Program-made: the position numbers and the translations under genes
Shown here: in pieces, positions 48,422 to 56,899 of the stretch
Numbering within the stretch: the first letter of the stretch is position 1
How the letters are laid out: the number at the start of each line of letters is the position of its first letter
From: an uncultured Actinomycetota bacterium
GTDB lineage: Bacteria > Actinomycetota > Actinomycetes > Actinomycetales > Micrococcaceae
Reading direction: 5' to 3'
Assembly (NCBI GenBank): GCA_963722145.1
Contig: CAVRLW010000005.1
Coordinates: 70,773 to 134,772 of the forward strand
Length of the DNA stretch: 64,000 bases
The notes under the pieces: model-generated
Database searches by the model: none
What the model saw: only the letters and a program-made list of their open reading frames with translations
Told to the model about the DNA's origin: nothing

Positions 48422-50929
48422 ATGAACACTGTGCACGGAGGGCCGTCCGGGCAGGACGGCCCTCCGGTGCCGCCCGCCCAAGGCGGTATGGCCTCCGGAG
48501 GTGCCGCTCCGGCGTCGTCCGTTGCTATCAGCCAGCAGCCGGTACCGGTGCGGGCCGCCGGCGTCCAACTGATCGGCGAGGCGCAGGGGTCCGGCTACAA
48601 GGAAGCTCCGTCCCTGGTGCGCCGCGCCGACGGCCAGACCATCCAGCTCACCCGCCTGCTGTACCTGGTGCTCGAGGCGATAGACGGCCAGCGGGGCCCG
48701 GAAGAAATCGCCGGGCACGCCAGCAACAGCTTCGGACGGCTCGTCAGTGCCGAGAACGTCCGCACGCTGATCAGCTCCCAACTCCTCCCCCTCGGCCTCC
48801 TCCGGCTGGCGGACGGTTCCGAGCCCGCGGTGAAGAAATCGAACCCGCTGCTGGGCATGCGCTTCCGGTACTCGGTGACCGACCCGGACCGCACCCGGAA
48901 GCTCACGGCGCCGTTCGCCACGCTGTTCAACCCCGTGATCGTGGTGGCGGTGACCGTTGCTTTCCTGGCCACGTGCTGGTGGGTACTGATGGTCAAGGGG
49001 CTGGCATCGGCCACGCATGAAGCCTTCGCCAACCCCGGCTTGGTCCTCCTGATCCTGGTGGTCACGGTGCTCTCGGCCGGTTTCCATGAGTTCGGCCACG
49101 CCGCCGCCGCCCGCCGCGGCGGCGCCACCCCCGGCGCCATGGGCACGGGCCTGTACCTGATGTGGCCGGCCTTCTACACCGACGTTACCGATTCCTACCG
49201 GCTGGGGCGGGCCGGCCGGCTGCGCACCGACCTGGGCGGACTCTACTTCAACGCAATCGTGGCCGTCGCGATCATGGGCATCTGGTGGGCCACCGGCTTC
49301 GATGCGCTCCTGCTGGTGGTGGTCACCCAGATCCTGCAGATGGTCCGGCAGCTGATGCCGCTGGTCCGCTTTGACGGCTATCACATCCTGGCCGACGCTA
49401 CCGGCGTGCCGGACCTGTTCCAGCGCATCAAGCCCACCCTGCTGGCCCTGGTGCCGTGGCGCAGGACAGACCCCGAAGCCAGGCTCCTGAAGCCCTGGGC
49501 GCGGGCAGTGGTCACCATTTGGGTGCTGGTCACGGTTCCCCTGCTGCTCTTCAGCATGGCCACCATGGTGCTGACCCTGCCGCGCATCCTGGGCACCGCT
49601 TGGGACAACGGCCTCAAGCAGCAGGCCTTGCTCACCCAGAGCATCGCCACCGGGGACGTCGCCGACGCCGCTGTGCGGGTTATCGCGCTCGCCTGCCTGG
49701 CACTGCCGGTGCTGGGCATCCTGTACATCCTGCTGCGCCTGGTCCGTCAGCTGGTCACCGGGCTGTGGCGCAAGACCCGCGGCAAGGCCCTGCAGCGCGC
49801 CACCGCAGTCGTTGCGATCGCGGCCGTCGCTGCGGGCCTCGCCTGGGCCTGGTGGCCCGGCGGTGACACCTATCGCCCGGTCCAGCCCTACGAGCGCGGC
49901 ACCCTCGCCGACGCCACCACCGCGGTCTTCCCGGCCGCCGCAACGGGCCGGATGGCAGAGGGACAGTCTGGCAAGACCGTTGCCCTGTGGCCGGAGGACG
50001 CACGCCAGCCCACCCGCGACGAGCCGCAACTGAGCATGGTCCTGGTCCCCCGTCAGGCCGCCACAGCCGGCTCGGCAGGCACGGCCGGCACCGCGGCGGC
50101 GCCGTCGTGGGTGTTCCCCTTCGACAGGCCGGCCGCTCCGGACGACGACGGCAATCAGTCCCTCGCGGTCAACACCACTGACGGTTCCGTGGTCTACGAC
50201 GTCGCCTTCGCCCTGGTCTGGGCGGACGACGGCGACACCGTGGACACCAAGAATGAGGCCTACGCCTTTGCCAGCTGCGCGGACTGCGCCGCCGTGGCCG
50301 TGGGCTTCCAGGTGGTCCTGGTTGTGGGCCAGACCCATGTGGTCGTCCCGGAAAACCTGTCGGCGTCGGCCAACTACAACTGCCTCCGGTGCCTGACCTA
50401 TGCGCTCGCGAGCCAACTGGTGCTCACCCTCGACGGGCCCCTCAGCGGCGACGGCATGGCCAGGCTCAACGCGCTGTGGCAGGAGATCGCGGCCTACGGC
50501 AAGGACCTGCGGAACCAGCCGCTCTCGGAAATCCAGGGCCGGCTCAGCGCGTACAAGGAACAGATCATGGCGGTCATCAAGGCCGATCCCAGTGCCACCC
50601 CGGCTGGGTCCGCCGGCACGGCCACGGCGCCGGGCACCGCACCCGGCGCAACATCTGGTGCCACCCATGCCGCCAGTACCGCGGCAGCTCCCGGCAGCAC
50701 GCAGGCTCCGTCACCGGGCGCCACCGGGACCACGCGGACGACGGCGCCGCCGGCCGGCGACGCCGCGCCGACCGGCGCTGCGACGTCGCCCGCGCCCGGG
50801 TCCGGGTCCACGGTGCCGGCCGAGCAGAAACCAACGCAGCCCGCCGCATCGGCACCGGCCGGTCCCACTACGCCCGCAGCGGGGACAACCGCGCCCGTGC
50901 CGGCGGGAACCACGCCGCCGGCTCCGTAG
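48422..50929 (+). CDS. PqqD/RRE-like domain + M50-type intramembrane zinc metalloprotease + C-terminal CxxC beta-repeat domain + Pro/Ala/Thr tail
   Basis: HEFGH at 49085-49099, PAFYTDVT, QLMPLVRFDGY third-ligand motif, multiple TMs; N-terminal strand-strand-helix pattern (LVRRADGQTIQL..LLYLVLEAIDG.R..EEIA). Confidence 0.8.
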   Translation: MNTVHGGPSGQDGPPVPPAQGGMASGGAAPASSVAISQQPVPVRAAGVQLIGEAQGSGYKEAPSLVRRADGQTIQLTRLLYLVLEAIDGQRGPEEIAGHASNSFGRLVSAENVRTLISSQLLPLGLLRLADGSEPAVKKSNPLLGMRFRYSVTDPDRTRKLTAPFATLFNPVIVVAVTVAFLATCWWVLMVKGLASATHEAFANPGLVLLILVVTVLSAGFHEFGHAAAARRGGATPGAMGTGLYLMWPAFYTDVTDSYRLGRAGRLRTDLGGLYFNAIVAVAIMGIWWATGFDALLLVVVTQILQMVRQLMPLVRFDGYHILADATGVPDLFQRIKPTLLALVPWRRTDPEARLLKPWARAVVTIWVLVTVPLLLFSMATMVLTLPRILGTAWDNGLKQQALLTQSIATGDVADAAVRVIALACLALPVLGILYILLRLVRQLVTGLWRKTRGKALQRATAVVAIAAVAAGLAWAWWPGGDTYRPVQPYERGTLADATTAVFPAAATGRMAEGQSGKTVALWPEDARQPTRDEPQLSMVLVPRQAATAGSAGTAGTAAAPSWVFPFDRPAAPDDDGNQSLAVNTTDGSVVYDVAFALVWADDGDTVDTKNEAYAFASCADCAAVAVGFQVVLVVGQTHVVVPENLSASANYNCLRCLTYALASQLVLTLDGPLSGDGMARLNALWQEIAAYGKDLRNQPLSEIQGRLSAYKEQIMAVIKADPSATPAGSAGTATAPGTAPGATSGATHAASTAAAPGSTQAPSPGATGTTRTTAPPAGDAAPTGAATSPAPGSGSTVPAEQKPTQPAASAPAGPTTPAAGTTAPVPAGTTPPAP

Positions 50930-51014
50930 GCGCGCACCCGTAAACAGGTTCGGCCGGAAGGATCTCGCCTTCCGGCCGAACCTGTCAGATCGTCTGGGTC
51001 CCCCCGGGGCCCGG

Positions 51015-51145
51015 TCAGCGGGCCGTCCACTCATCCGCGAGGATGGCGTACACCATTTCCGTGGCGCATTCGCCCCTTGTAGTGCCACTTGTCCACCTGC
51101 CATAATTCCAGGCGCATGCCGAGACGTTGGACCGCAGCAGCCAAT
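51015..51145 (-). pseudogene. 3-prime remnant of a GNAT gene, paralogous to 51875-52438
   Basis: Encodes ..LGMRLELWQVDKWHYKG/ECATEMVYAILADEWTAR* with a +1 C insertion. Confidence 0.75.
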
Positions 51146-51178
51146 ACGGAGCGGCAACCAATACGGAGGGGTAACACG

Positions 51179-51805
51179 ATGAGACTAACGCTGACAGAGT
51201 TCCTCACCTTGGACGGCGTGGCGCAGGGTCCTGGATCGCCCGAGGAGGACACCAGCGACGGCTTCTCACAAGGGGGTTGGTTCGTCCCCTACGTGGACGA
51301 GGACTTCATCCAGCGGGCGGCGGACTGGCTCGGTGAGGCGGACGCGCTACTGTTCGGCCGTCGGACCTACGTCAACTTTGCGAGGGACTGGCCGAGAATC
51401 ACGGACCCTGATGATCCGTTCTCTGAAAAGATGAATGGTTTGCCGAAGTATGTGGCCTCGCACAGCCTGGCGCAGGCTGGTTGGGCACCGACGACGATCC
51501 TGTCCGGGGACGTCCCCGCGCAGGTCGCTGAGTTGAAGAGGCAGCCCGGCAGGGAGTTGCAGATCCACGGGAGCGCCCAGCTGGCCCAGTCGCTTCTGGG
51601 CGCGGGGCTGATCGACGAACTGAGGCTGGTGGTCGCCCCGGTGGTGGTAGGCAACGGCAGGCGGCTGTTTCCGGCGGGAGGCGCCCCGGCGGGCCTGCGT
51701 CTGGTCCGCAATGAGACGACGACGGGCGGACTCGCGATTCTTGTCTATGAGTCGGCAGGGCTTCCGACGTACGGGACCTATGAGCCCGGTTCGTCCGGTG
51801 GGTGA
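51179..51805 (+). CDS. Dihydrofolate reductase family (RibD C-terminal-like) protein
   Basis: FLTLDGV, LLFGRRTY, HGSAQL, LIDELRL...GNG. Confidence 0.88.
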   Translation: MRLTLTEFLTLDGVAQGPGSPEEDTSDGFSQGGWFVPYVDEDFIQRAADWLGEADALLFGRRTYVNFARDWPRITDPDDPFSEKMNGLPKYVASHSLAQAGWAPTTILSGDVPAQVAELKRQPGRELQIHGSAQLAQSLLGAGLIDELRLVVAPVVVGNGRRLFPAGGAPAGLRLVRNETTTGGLAILVYESAGLPTYGTYEPGSSGG

Positions 51806-51874
51806 GCCTGCCGAAACCCCGGGGCCAGGGCCGCGCGGCTGGTCGTCCTCCTAGCTTGCCGGTCAGGACGGCGG

Positions 51875-52438
51875 TTAGCAGGCCTTCCATTCCTCCGCGA
51901 GGATGGCGTACACAACTTCCGTGGCCCACTCGCCCTTGTAGTGCCACTTGTCCAGCTGCCGTGACTCCAGGCGCATGCCGAGCCGCTCACAGAGCGCAGC
52001 CGAGGCCGTGTTCAGGGCATCGAGCTTGGCGTCAATGCGGTGGAAGCCCAGGTCCTCAAAACCGAGCTTGAGCAGCGCACGGGCGGCCTCGCTCGCGATG
52101 CCCCGCCCCCGCGCCTCCGGGGCCAGGCTCCAGCCGATCTCGGCCTGCCCGCACCCCTCCAGCCACTTCAGCACCACCTCGCCGAGCAGCCCGGGCGAGT
52201 CCGTGGCCTCGATCGCCAGAGCCACCCAGTCACCCTCCTTCTCGAACTCGAAGTTGGCGTACCGTCCCACCAGTTCCATCGACTGGGTGTAGCTCTTGGC
52301 CTCGCGGGGCAGGAACCGGGCGGTTTCCGGGAGCGAGTGGTAGGCATGGAAGGCATCGAGGTCGGAGGCTTCAAAGCGCCGCAGCACCAGCCGTTCGGTG
52401 CGGATGGGCAGCGGAGGGAGGGGCTTGGGTTCGGTCAT
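51875..52438 (-). CDS. GNAT family (RimJ/RimL-like) N-acetyltransferase
   Basis: TERLVLR, EIGW.L..EARGRGIASEA, NTAS..L.ERLGM. Confidence 0.9.
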   Translation of the reverse strand: MTEPKPLPPLPIRTERLVLRRFEASDLDAFHAYHSLPETARFLPREAKSYTQSMELVGRYANFEFEKEGDWVALAIEATDSPGLLGEVVLKWLEGCGQAEIGWSLAPEARGRGIASEAARALLKLGFEDLGFHRIDAKLDALNTASAALCERLGMRLESRQLDKWHYKGEWATEVVYAILAEEWKAC

Positions 52439-52451
52439 GCCCCCAACGCTA

Positions 52452-52516
52452 CCCATCGGCTGCTCCGTAAGCGCCGTTTTGAGCCGCCACAAGGGCCGTT
52501 ACGGAGCAACGGATGC
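52452..52516. repeat. REP-like hairpin, second copy of the 47492 family; overlaps the ackA stop
   Basis: CCCATCGGCTGCTCCGTAAGCGCCGTTTTGAGCCGCCACAAGGGCCGTTACGGAGCAACGGATG. Confidence 0.8.
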
Positions 52517-53668
52517 CTGGGCGACGACGGCGGCCGTTGCCTCGGCGATCGCCCGCTCCTCGTCGGTGGGGACCACCAGGACAGGCAGGGCCGACGTCGG
52601 GGTGGAAATGACCCGGGGTTCCTTGGACCGCTCCCGGTTCAGCCCGGCGTCGAGTTCGACGCCGAGGGCACCGAGCCGCTGCGCCACGAGGTTCCGGAAC
52701 TGGTGCGAGTTCTCGCCGATGCCGGCCGTGAACACAAGGGCCTTCGCGCCGCCAACGGCCACGTGGTACCCGCCGATGTACTTCGCGAGCCGGTAGGACG
52801 CGACCGCCAGGGCCATGGCCGCCTTGGCATCGCCGGCCTCCGCGGCCTCCACCACCGAGCGCATGTCGTTGTTTCCGGCCAGGCCCTTGAGCCCGGACTG
52901 CCGGTTCAGCATCGAGTCCAGGTCCTCGGGAGACCAGCCGTTCCGGCCCAGGAAGACCAGGATGGACGGATCGAGGTCACCGGAGCGGGTGCCCATGACG
53001 AGGCCCTCGAGGGGCGTGAATCCCATGGAGGTGTCGATCGACAGACCGCCGCGGATCGCCGTGACCGACGCGCCGTTCCCCAGGTGGGCGATGACGGCGT
53101 CGAACTCCTCGACCGGAACGTCCAGCAGCGCCGCCGCCCGGTGCGCAACGTATTCGTGCGAGGTGCCGTGGAACCCGTAGCGGCGGATCCCGTGGTTCGT
53201 GTAGAGCTCGTCCGGCACCGCGTAACGCCAGGCGTGCTCGGGCAGCGTGCGGTGAAAGGCGGTGTCGAACACGGCCACTTGCGGCAGCTCGGGCCACTTC
53301 TTCGAGATCGCGCGGATGCCAAGGACGTTGGCGGGGTTGTGCAGCGGCGCGAGCGGGTTCAGCCGCTCAATGGCCCGGGTGATCTCGTTGTTGACCAGCA
53401 CCGGCTCGGCGAAGCGCTCCCCGCCGTGCACCACGCGGTGGCCCACGGCATCGAGCACGCGGTCCCCCAAAGCTGCGTGGATGGCCGCGTCCACCTGTTC
53501 CAGGGCCTCGGCGTGGTCGCGCGGGCCCTCGATCTGGCCGTCGCCCTCACCGCCGGAACCCATGCCGATCTTCTCGACCAGACCTTCGGTGAGCACGCTG
53601 CCGGCCTCGACGTCGCGCACCTGGTACTTGAGCGAGGACGAGCCGGAGTTGATGACGAGCACGAGCAT
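52499..53668 (-). CDS. ackA: Acetate kinase
   Basis: INSGSSSLK, GHRVVHGG, APLHNP, YGFHGTSH, HLGNGAS, FTAGIGEN, PTDEE. Confidence 0.95.
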   Translation of the reverse strand: MLVLVINSGSSSLKYQVRDVEAGSVLTEGLVEKIGMGSGGEGDGQIEGPRDHAEALEQVDAAIHAALGDRVLDAVGHRVVHGGERFAEPVLVNNEITRAIERLNPLAPLHNPANVLGIRAISKKWPELPQVAVFDTAFHRTLPEHAWRYAVPDELYTNHGIRRYGFHGTSHEYVAHRAAALLDVPVEEFDAVIAHLGNGASVTAIRGGLSIDTSMGFTPLEGLVMGTRSGDLDPSILVFLGRNGWSPEDLDSMLNRQSGLKGLAGNNDMRSVVEAAEAGDAKAAMALAVASYRLAKYIGGYHVAVGGAKALVFTAGIGENSHQFRNLVAQRLGALGVELDAGLNRERSKEPRVISTPTSALPVLVVPTDEERAIAEATAAVVAQASVAP

Positions 53669-53861
53669 GGGGCCTCCTAAGCCTTGGCTTCGCCGCTAAC
53701 CCGGAGGGAGCGTCGGGATTGGCATCACGCCGGAGCCTGGCGGAGCGCTCCGTGGGATCCACTATAAATTGTCGGACCGGCGAGGACGCCCATCCGTTGC
53801 GAAAGCCGCGGCGGGCGCCTAGAGTCGGCGGACCAACTGGACAACTCACGACGGGATTTCC

Positions 53862-54125
53862 ATGACTGACGACACGACCCAGCCAGACAGCGCCCAGCCA
53901 GAGCGAACCGAACCGGCCAGCGGTTCCGGTAAACCGGATCCCAGCGGCGTCGAAGGCGCGAACCCGGCCCTGGACGACACGGGAAACTTCAAGGCCGCCG
54001 AGGTCGGAGAAGCCACCGAGGCCCCCGAGGATCTGGAGGACCTGGATCTCACGCCGGCGGGGCTGGCCGACGAGCCCGCCGAGCAGGAAGATCCCGACAG
54101 CCCGGCAGTGCCGGAAAACAGCTGA
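53862..54125 (+). CDS. Small acidic low-complexity hypothetical protein
   Basis: GGGA RBS-like site, GC3-rich codons, Asp/Glu/Pro-rich; stop codon lies inside a 15-bp duplication (54111-54140). Confidence 0.55.
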   Translation: MTDDTTQPDSAQPERTEPASGSGKPDPSGVEGANPALDDTGNFKAAEVGEATEAPEDLEDLDLTPAGLADEPAEQEDPDSPAVPENS

Positions 54126-54140
54126 CCGGAAAACAGCTGA

Positions 54141-56252
54141 CTATGCACGGGCAGCCGCTGGTGCCGGCTCGGTGGCGGGCTCCACGGACTGCGCCTGGAC
54201 GGCGGTGATGGCCACCGTGTTCACGATGTCCTCCACGGTGCAGCCGCGCGAGAGGTCGTTGACCGGCTTCCGGAGCCCCTGCAGGACGGGCCCGACGGCG
54301 ACCGCCCCCGAGGACTGCTGCACAGCCTTGTAGGTGTTGTTGCCGGTGTTGAGGTCCGGGAAGATGAACACGGTGGCCTGCCCGGCGACGGACGAGCCGG
54401 GCATCTTGGACTGCGCGATCGCGGCATCCACGGCGGCGTCGTACTGGATGGGGCCTTCGACGGCGAGATCCGGGCGGCGGTCCTTCACGACTTCGGTGGC
54501 CTGCCGGACTTTGTCCACTGCCTCCCCGGTCCCGGACCCGCCGGTGGAGTAGGACAGCATGGCCACCCGCGGCTCCACGCCGAACTGGTCGGCCGTCTCG
54601 GCCGAGGCCAGGGCAATGTCCGCCAGTTGCTCCGCGTTCGGGTCAGGATTGACCGCGCAGTCGCCGTACACCAGCACCCGGTCCGGCATCAGCATCAGGA
54701 ACACTGAGGAGACGATCTTGACGCCGTCGCGCGTCTTCACGAACTCCAACGCGGGACGAATGGTGTGGGCGGTGGTGTGCGCGGCACCGGACACCATGCC
54801 GTCCACGACTCCCAGTTGCACCATCATGGTGCCGAAGTAGCTGCCGTCCAGCATGACTTCCAGCGCCCGGGCGAGGTCGACGCCCTTGTGCGCTCGCAGC
54901 TCCGCGTACTTCTGTGCAAACTGCTGGCGCAGCTCCGACGTCGAGGGATCCACGATTTTGATGCCGGAGAGCTCGATGCCCCGGGTGGACGCCAGCTCCC
55001 GGACCGCGGACTCGTTGCCCAGGATAGTGAGGTCGCAGACGTCCCGCCGGTGCAGTATCTCGGCGGCACGCAGGACCCGCACGTCGTTCCCCTCCGGGAG
55101 GACGATGTGCCGGCGCTGCAGCCGGGCCCGCTCAATGAGGTCGTGCAGGAACCTCAGCGGCGTCATCCGCTCCGGCCGCGGCAGGTGCAGCCGCTCCAGC
55201 AGCTCCGTTTCGTCCACCCGCTTGGCCCACAGGCCCAGCGCGGAGGCCACCTTGCGGCGGTGCCCGGACCAGATCTCGCTGCGCACCTCGGAGACCCGCT
55301 TGGCCGTGGTGTAGGTGTCGTCCGGGGCCGCGAACACGGGGAATGGCGCCTGCGCCAGCAGCGAGTAGATGTTGGGGTCCGGGGCTAGGCCGCCGGTGAG
55401 GATGAGCGCCGACGGCACCGGGAACTCCGGCGAGAACGACGACGCCAGGCACCCAACCATCACGTCCGCACGGTCACCGGGAACGATCACCAGGGCGCCG
55501 TCGTCGAGCACGTGCAGGAAGTTGGCAACATTCATTGCCGCCACCTTGATGGAATGGACGTCGCGTTCCATGTCCTGCCGGCCGGCCACCTGGCGGATCC
55601 CGAGGGCCGAAGCGACCTCGCCGGTGGTGGGCCGGGCAATGTCTTCCAGCTCCGGGAAGACGTACACGGGACGGCCGGACGCACCGGGCTTCACGGCGGC
55701 GACGATCCCGTCCACGTCCTCCGGGTCGGCGCGGTTCACCATGATGGCCAGGAGGCTGCAGCGTTCCGCCGCGAGTTCCTTGCGGGCAACTTCGACGGCG
55801 TCGGCAGCCTCCGCGACGGTCCGCCCCTTCGCGCCCACCACGGCCACGATGGAGGCGGCCAGGTTGTTCGCGAGGCGTGCGTTAAGGTCGAATTCGACGG
55901 CGGCGTCCTGGCCGGTGAGATCCGTCCCCTCCACAATCACCACGTCGCAATGGCGGGACATTTCGGCGAAGATCTCCACACAGCGGGCGTCGATCTCGGC
56001 CCTGTTTCCCTCGGCCAGCAGCCCGCGGACCTCGGCAAACGTCAGGCCGCCGCGGCAGCGCTGGTCGTCAAGATCGAACCGGGCCTTCATCAGGGCCACC
56101 ATCGGGTCCGCCGCGGCGTCGTTGCCGTGGACCACAGGCTTGAAGAAGCCGATGCGGTCCGCGTGCCGGTGCAGCGTGTCCGCCAGCCCCAGCGCTATGA
56201 GGGACTTACCGGAGCCCGGGGTGGTCGCGCTGACATAGATTCCTTTGGCCAT
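54141..56252 (-). CDS. pta: Phosphate acetyltransferase (long form with BioD-like and DRTGG domains)
   Basis: PGSGKS, PGDRAD, LPEGND.R, DGMVSGA.HTT, IQYDAA, FPDLNTGN, VNDLSRG. Confidence 0.95.
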   Translation of the reverse strand: MAKGIYVSATTPGSGKSLIALGLADTLHRHADRIGFFKPVVHGNDAAADPMVALMKARFDLDDQRCRGGLTFAEVRGLLAEGNRAEIDARCVEIFAEMSRHCDVVIVEGTDLTGQDAAVEFDLNARLANNLAASIVAVVGAKGRTVAEAADAVEVARKELAAERCSLLAIMVNRADPEDVDGIVAAVKPGASGRPVYVFPELEDIARPTTGEVASALGIRQVAGRQDMERDVHSIKVAAMNVANFLHVLDDGALVIVPGDRADVMVGCLASSFSPEFPVPSALILTGGLAPDPNIYSLLAQAPFPVFAAPDDTYTTAKRVSEVRSEIWSGHRRKVASALGLWAKRVDETELLERLHLPRPERMTPLRFLHDLIERARLQRRHIVLPEGNDVRVLRAAEILHRRDVCDLTILGNESAVRELASTRGIELSGIKIVDPSTSELRQQFAQKYAELRAHKGVDLARALEVMLDGSYFGTMMVQLGVVDGMVSGAAHTTAHTIRPALEFVKTRDGVKIVSSVFLMLMPDRVLVYGDCAVNPDPNAEQLADIALASAETADQFGVEPRVAMLSYSTGGSGTGEAVDKVRQATEVVKDRRPDLAVEGPIQYDAAVDAAIAQSKMPGSSVAGQATVFIFPDLNTGNNTYKAVQQSSGAVAVGPVLQGLRKPVNDLSRGCTVEDIVNTVAITAVQAQSVEPATEPAPAAARA

Positions 56253-56298
56253 GTGTCCCAGCATACTTACACCCCTTGACAGCGGGCACCCACATGGG

Positions 56299-56322
56299 AT
56301 TACCTAATGAACATTCGGTAAA
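56299..56322. promoter_or_regulatory. Putative PaaR operator between divergent pta and paaI
   Basis: ATTACCTA-N8-TCGGTAAA. Confidence 0.7.
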
Positions 56323-56343
56323 TAAAGCTGGAGGCAACGAGGC

Positions 56344-56883
56344 ATGGCTGAACTGACGATTTCCGGTGACATCCACCCCATCCTGAAGGACGACTACGCC
56401 TCCGAATGGATGGGCATCGAAGTTGTCGCACTGGACGACGGACATGCCACCATCCGGATGACGCTCCGGCAGGAGATGCTCAACGGCTTCGGCATGGCCC
56501 ACGGCGGAATGATCTTCGCCTTCGGCGACACGGCTTTCGCGCTGGCCTGCAACCCGGCCAGCCCGAGCCCGGCCGACTCAGGCAACATCACGGTTGCCGC
56601 CGGCGTCGACATCAACTTCCTCAAGCCGGCCTTCCGCGGCCAGGTCCTGACCGCCGTCGCCAACCGCCGCGCCAGCACCGGGCGCAGCGGCCTCTACGAC
56701 ATCCAGATCTACGCCGCCGATCCCGGCGCGGGCGCGCCTGGGACGCCGCAGTCGGCACCCGCCGGCTCGGTTCCCGCCGTTACCGTCCCGGGCGAACTCC
56801 CCGCCGACATCGCCACCGACGCTCCTACGTGGGAACTCATCGCCGAGTTCCGCGGCCGCAGCCGCACCATCTCCAAGAAATAG
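56344..56883 (+). CDS. paaI: Phenylacetyl-CoA thioesterase (hotdog fold)
   Basis: NGFGMAHGGMIFAFGDTAFALACN, RSGLYD. Confidence 0.9.
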   Translation: MAELTISGDIHPILKDDYASEWMGIEVVALDDGHATIRMTLRQEMLNGFGMAHGGMIFAFGDTAFALACNPASPSPADSGNITVAAGVDINFLKPAFRGQVLTAVANRRASTGRSGLYDIQIYAADPGAGAPGTPQSAPAGSVPAVTVPGELPADIATDAPTWELIAEFRGRSRTISKK

Positions 56884-56899
56884 AAACAGGGAACCACAG

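Noticed and set aside
47639-50668. 1009-aa ORF antisense to the repeat-protein/M50 operon
   Set aside because: Shadow ORF from GC3-biased sense codons; no recognisable motifs.
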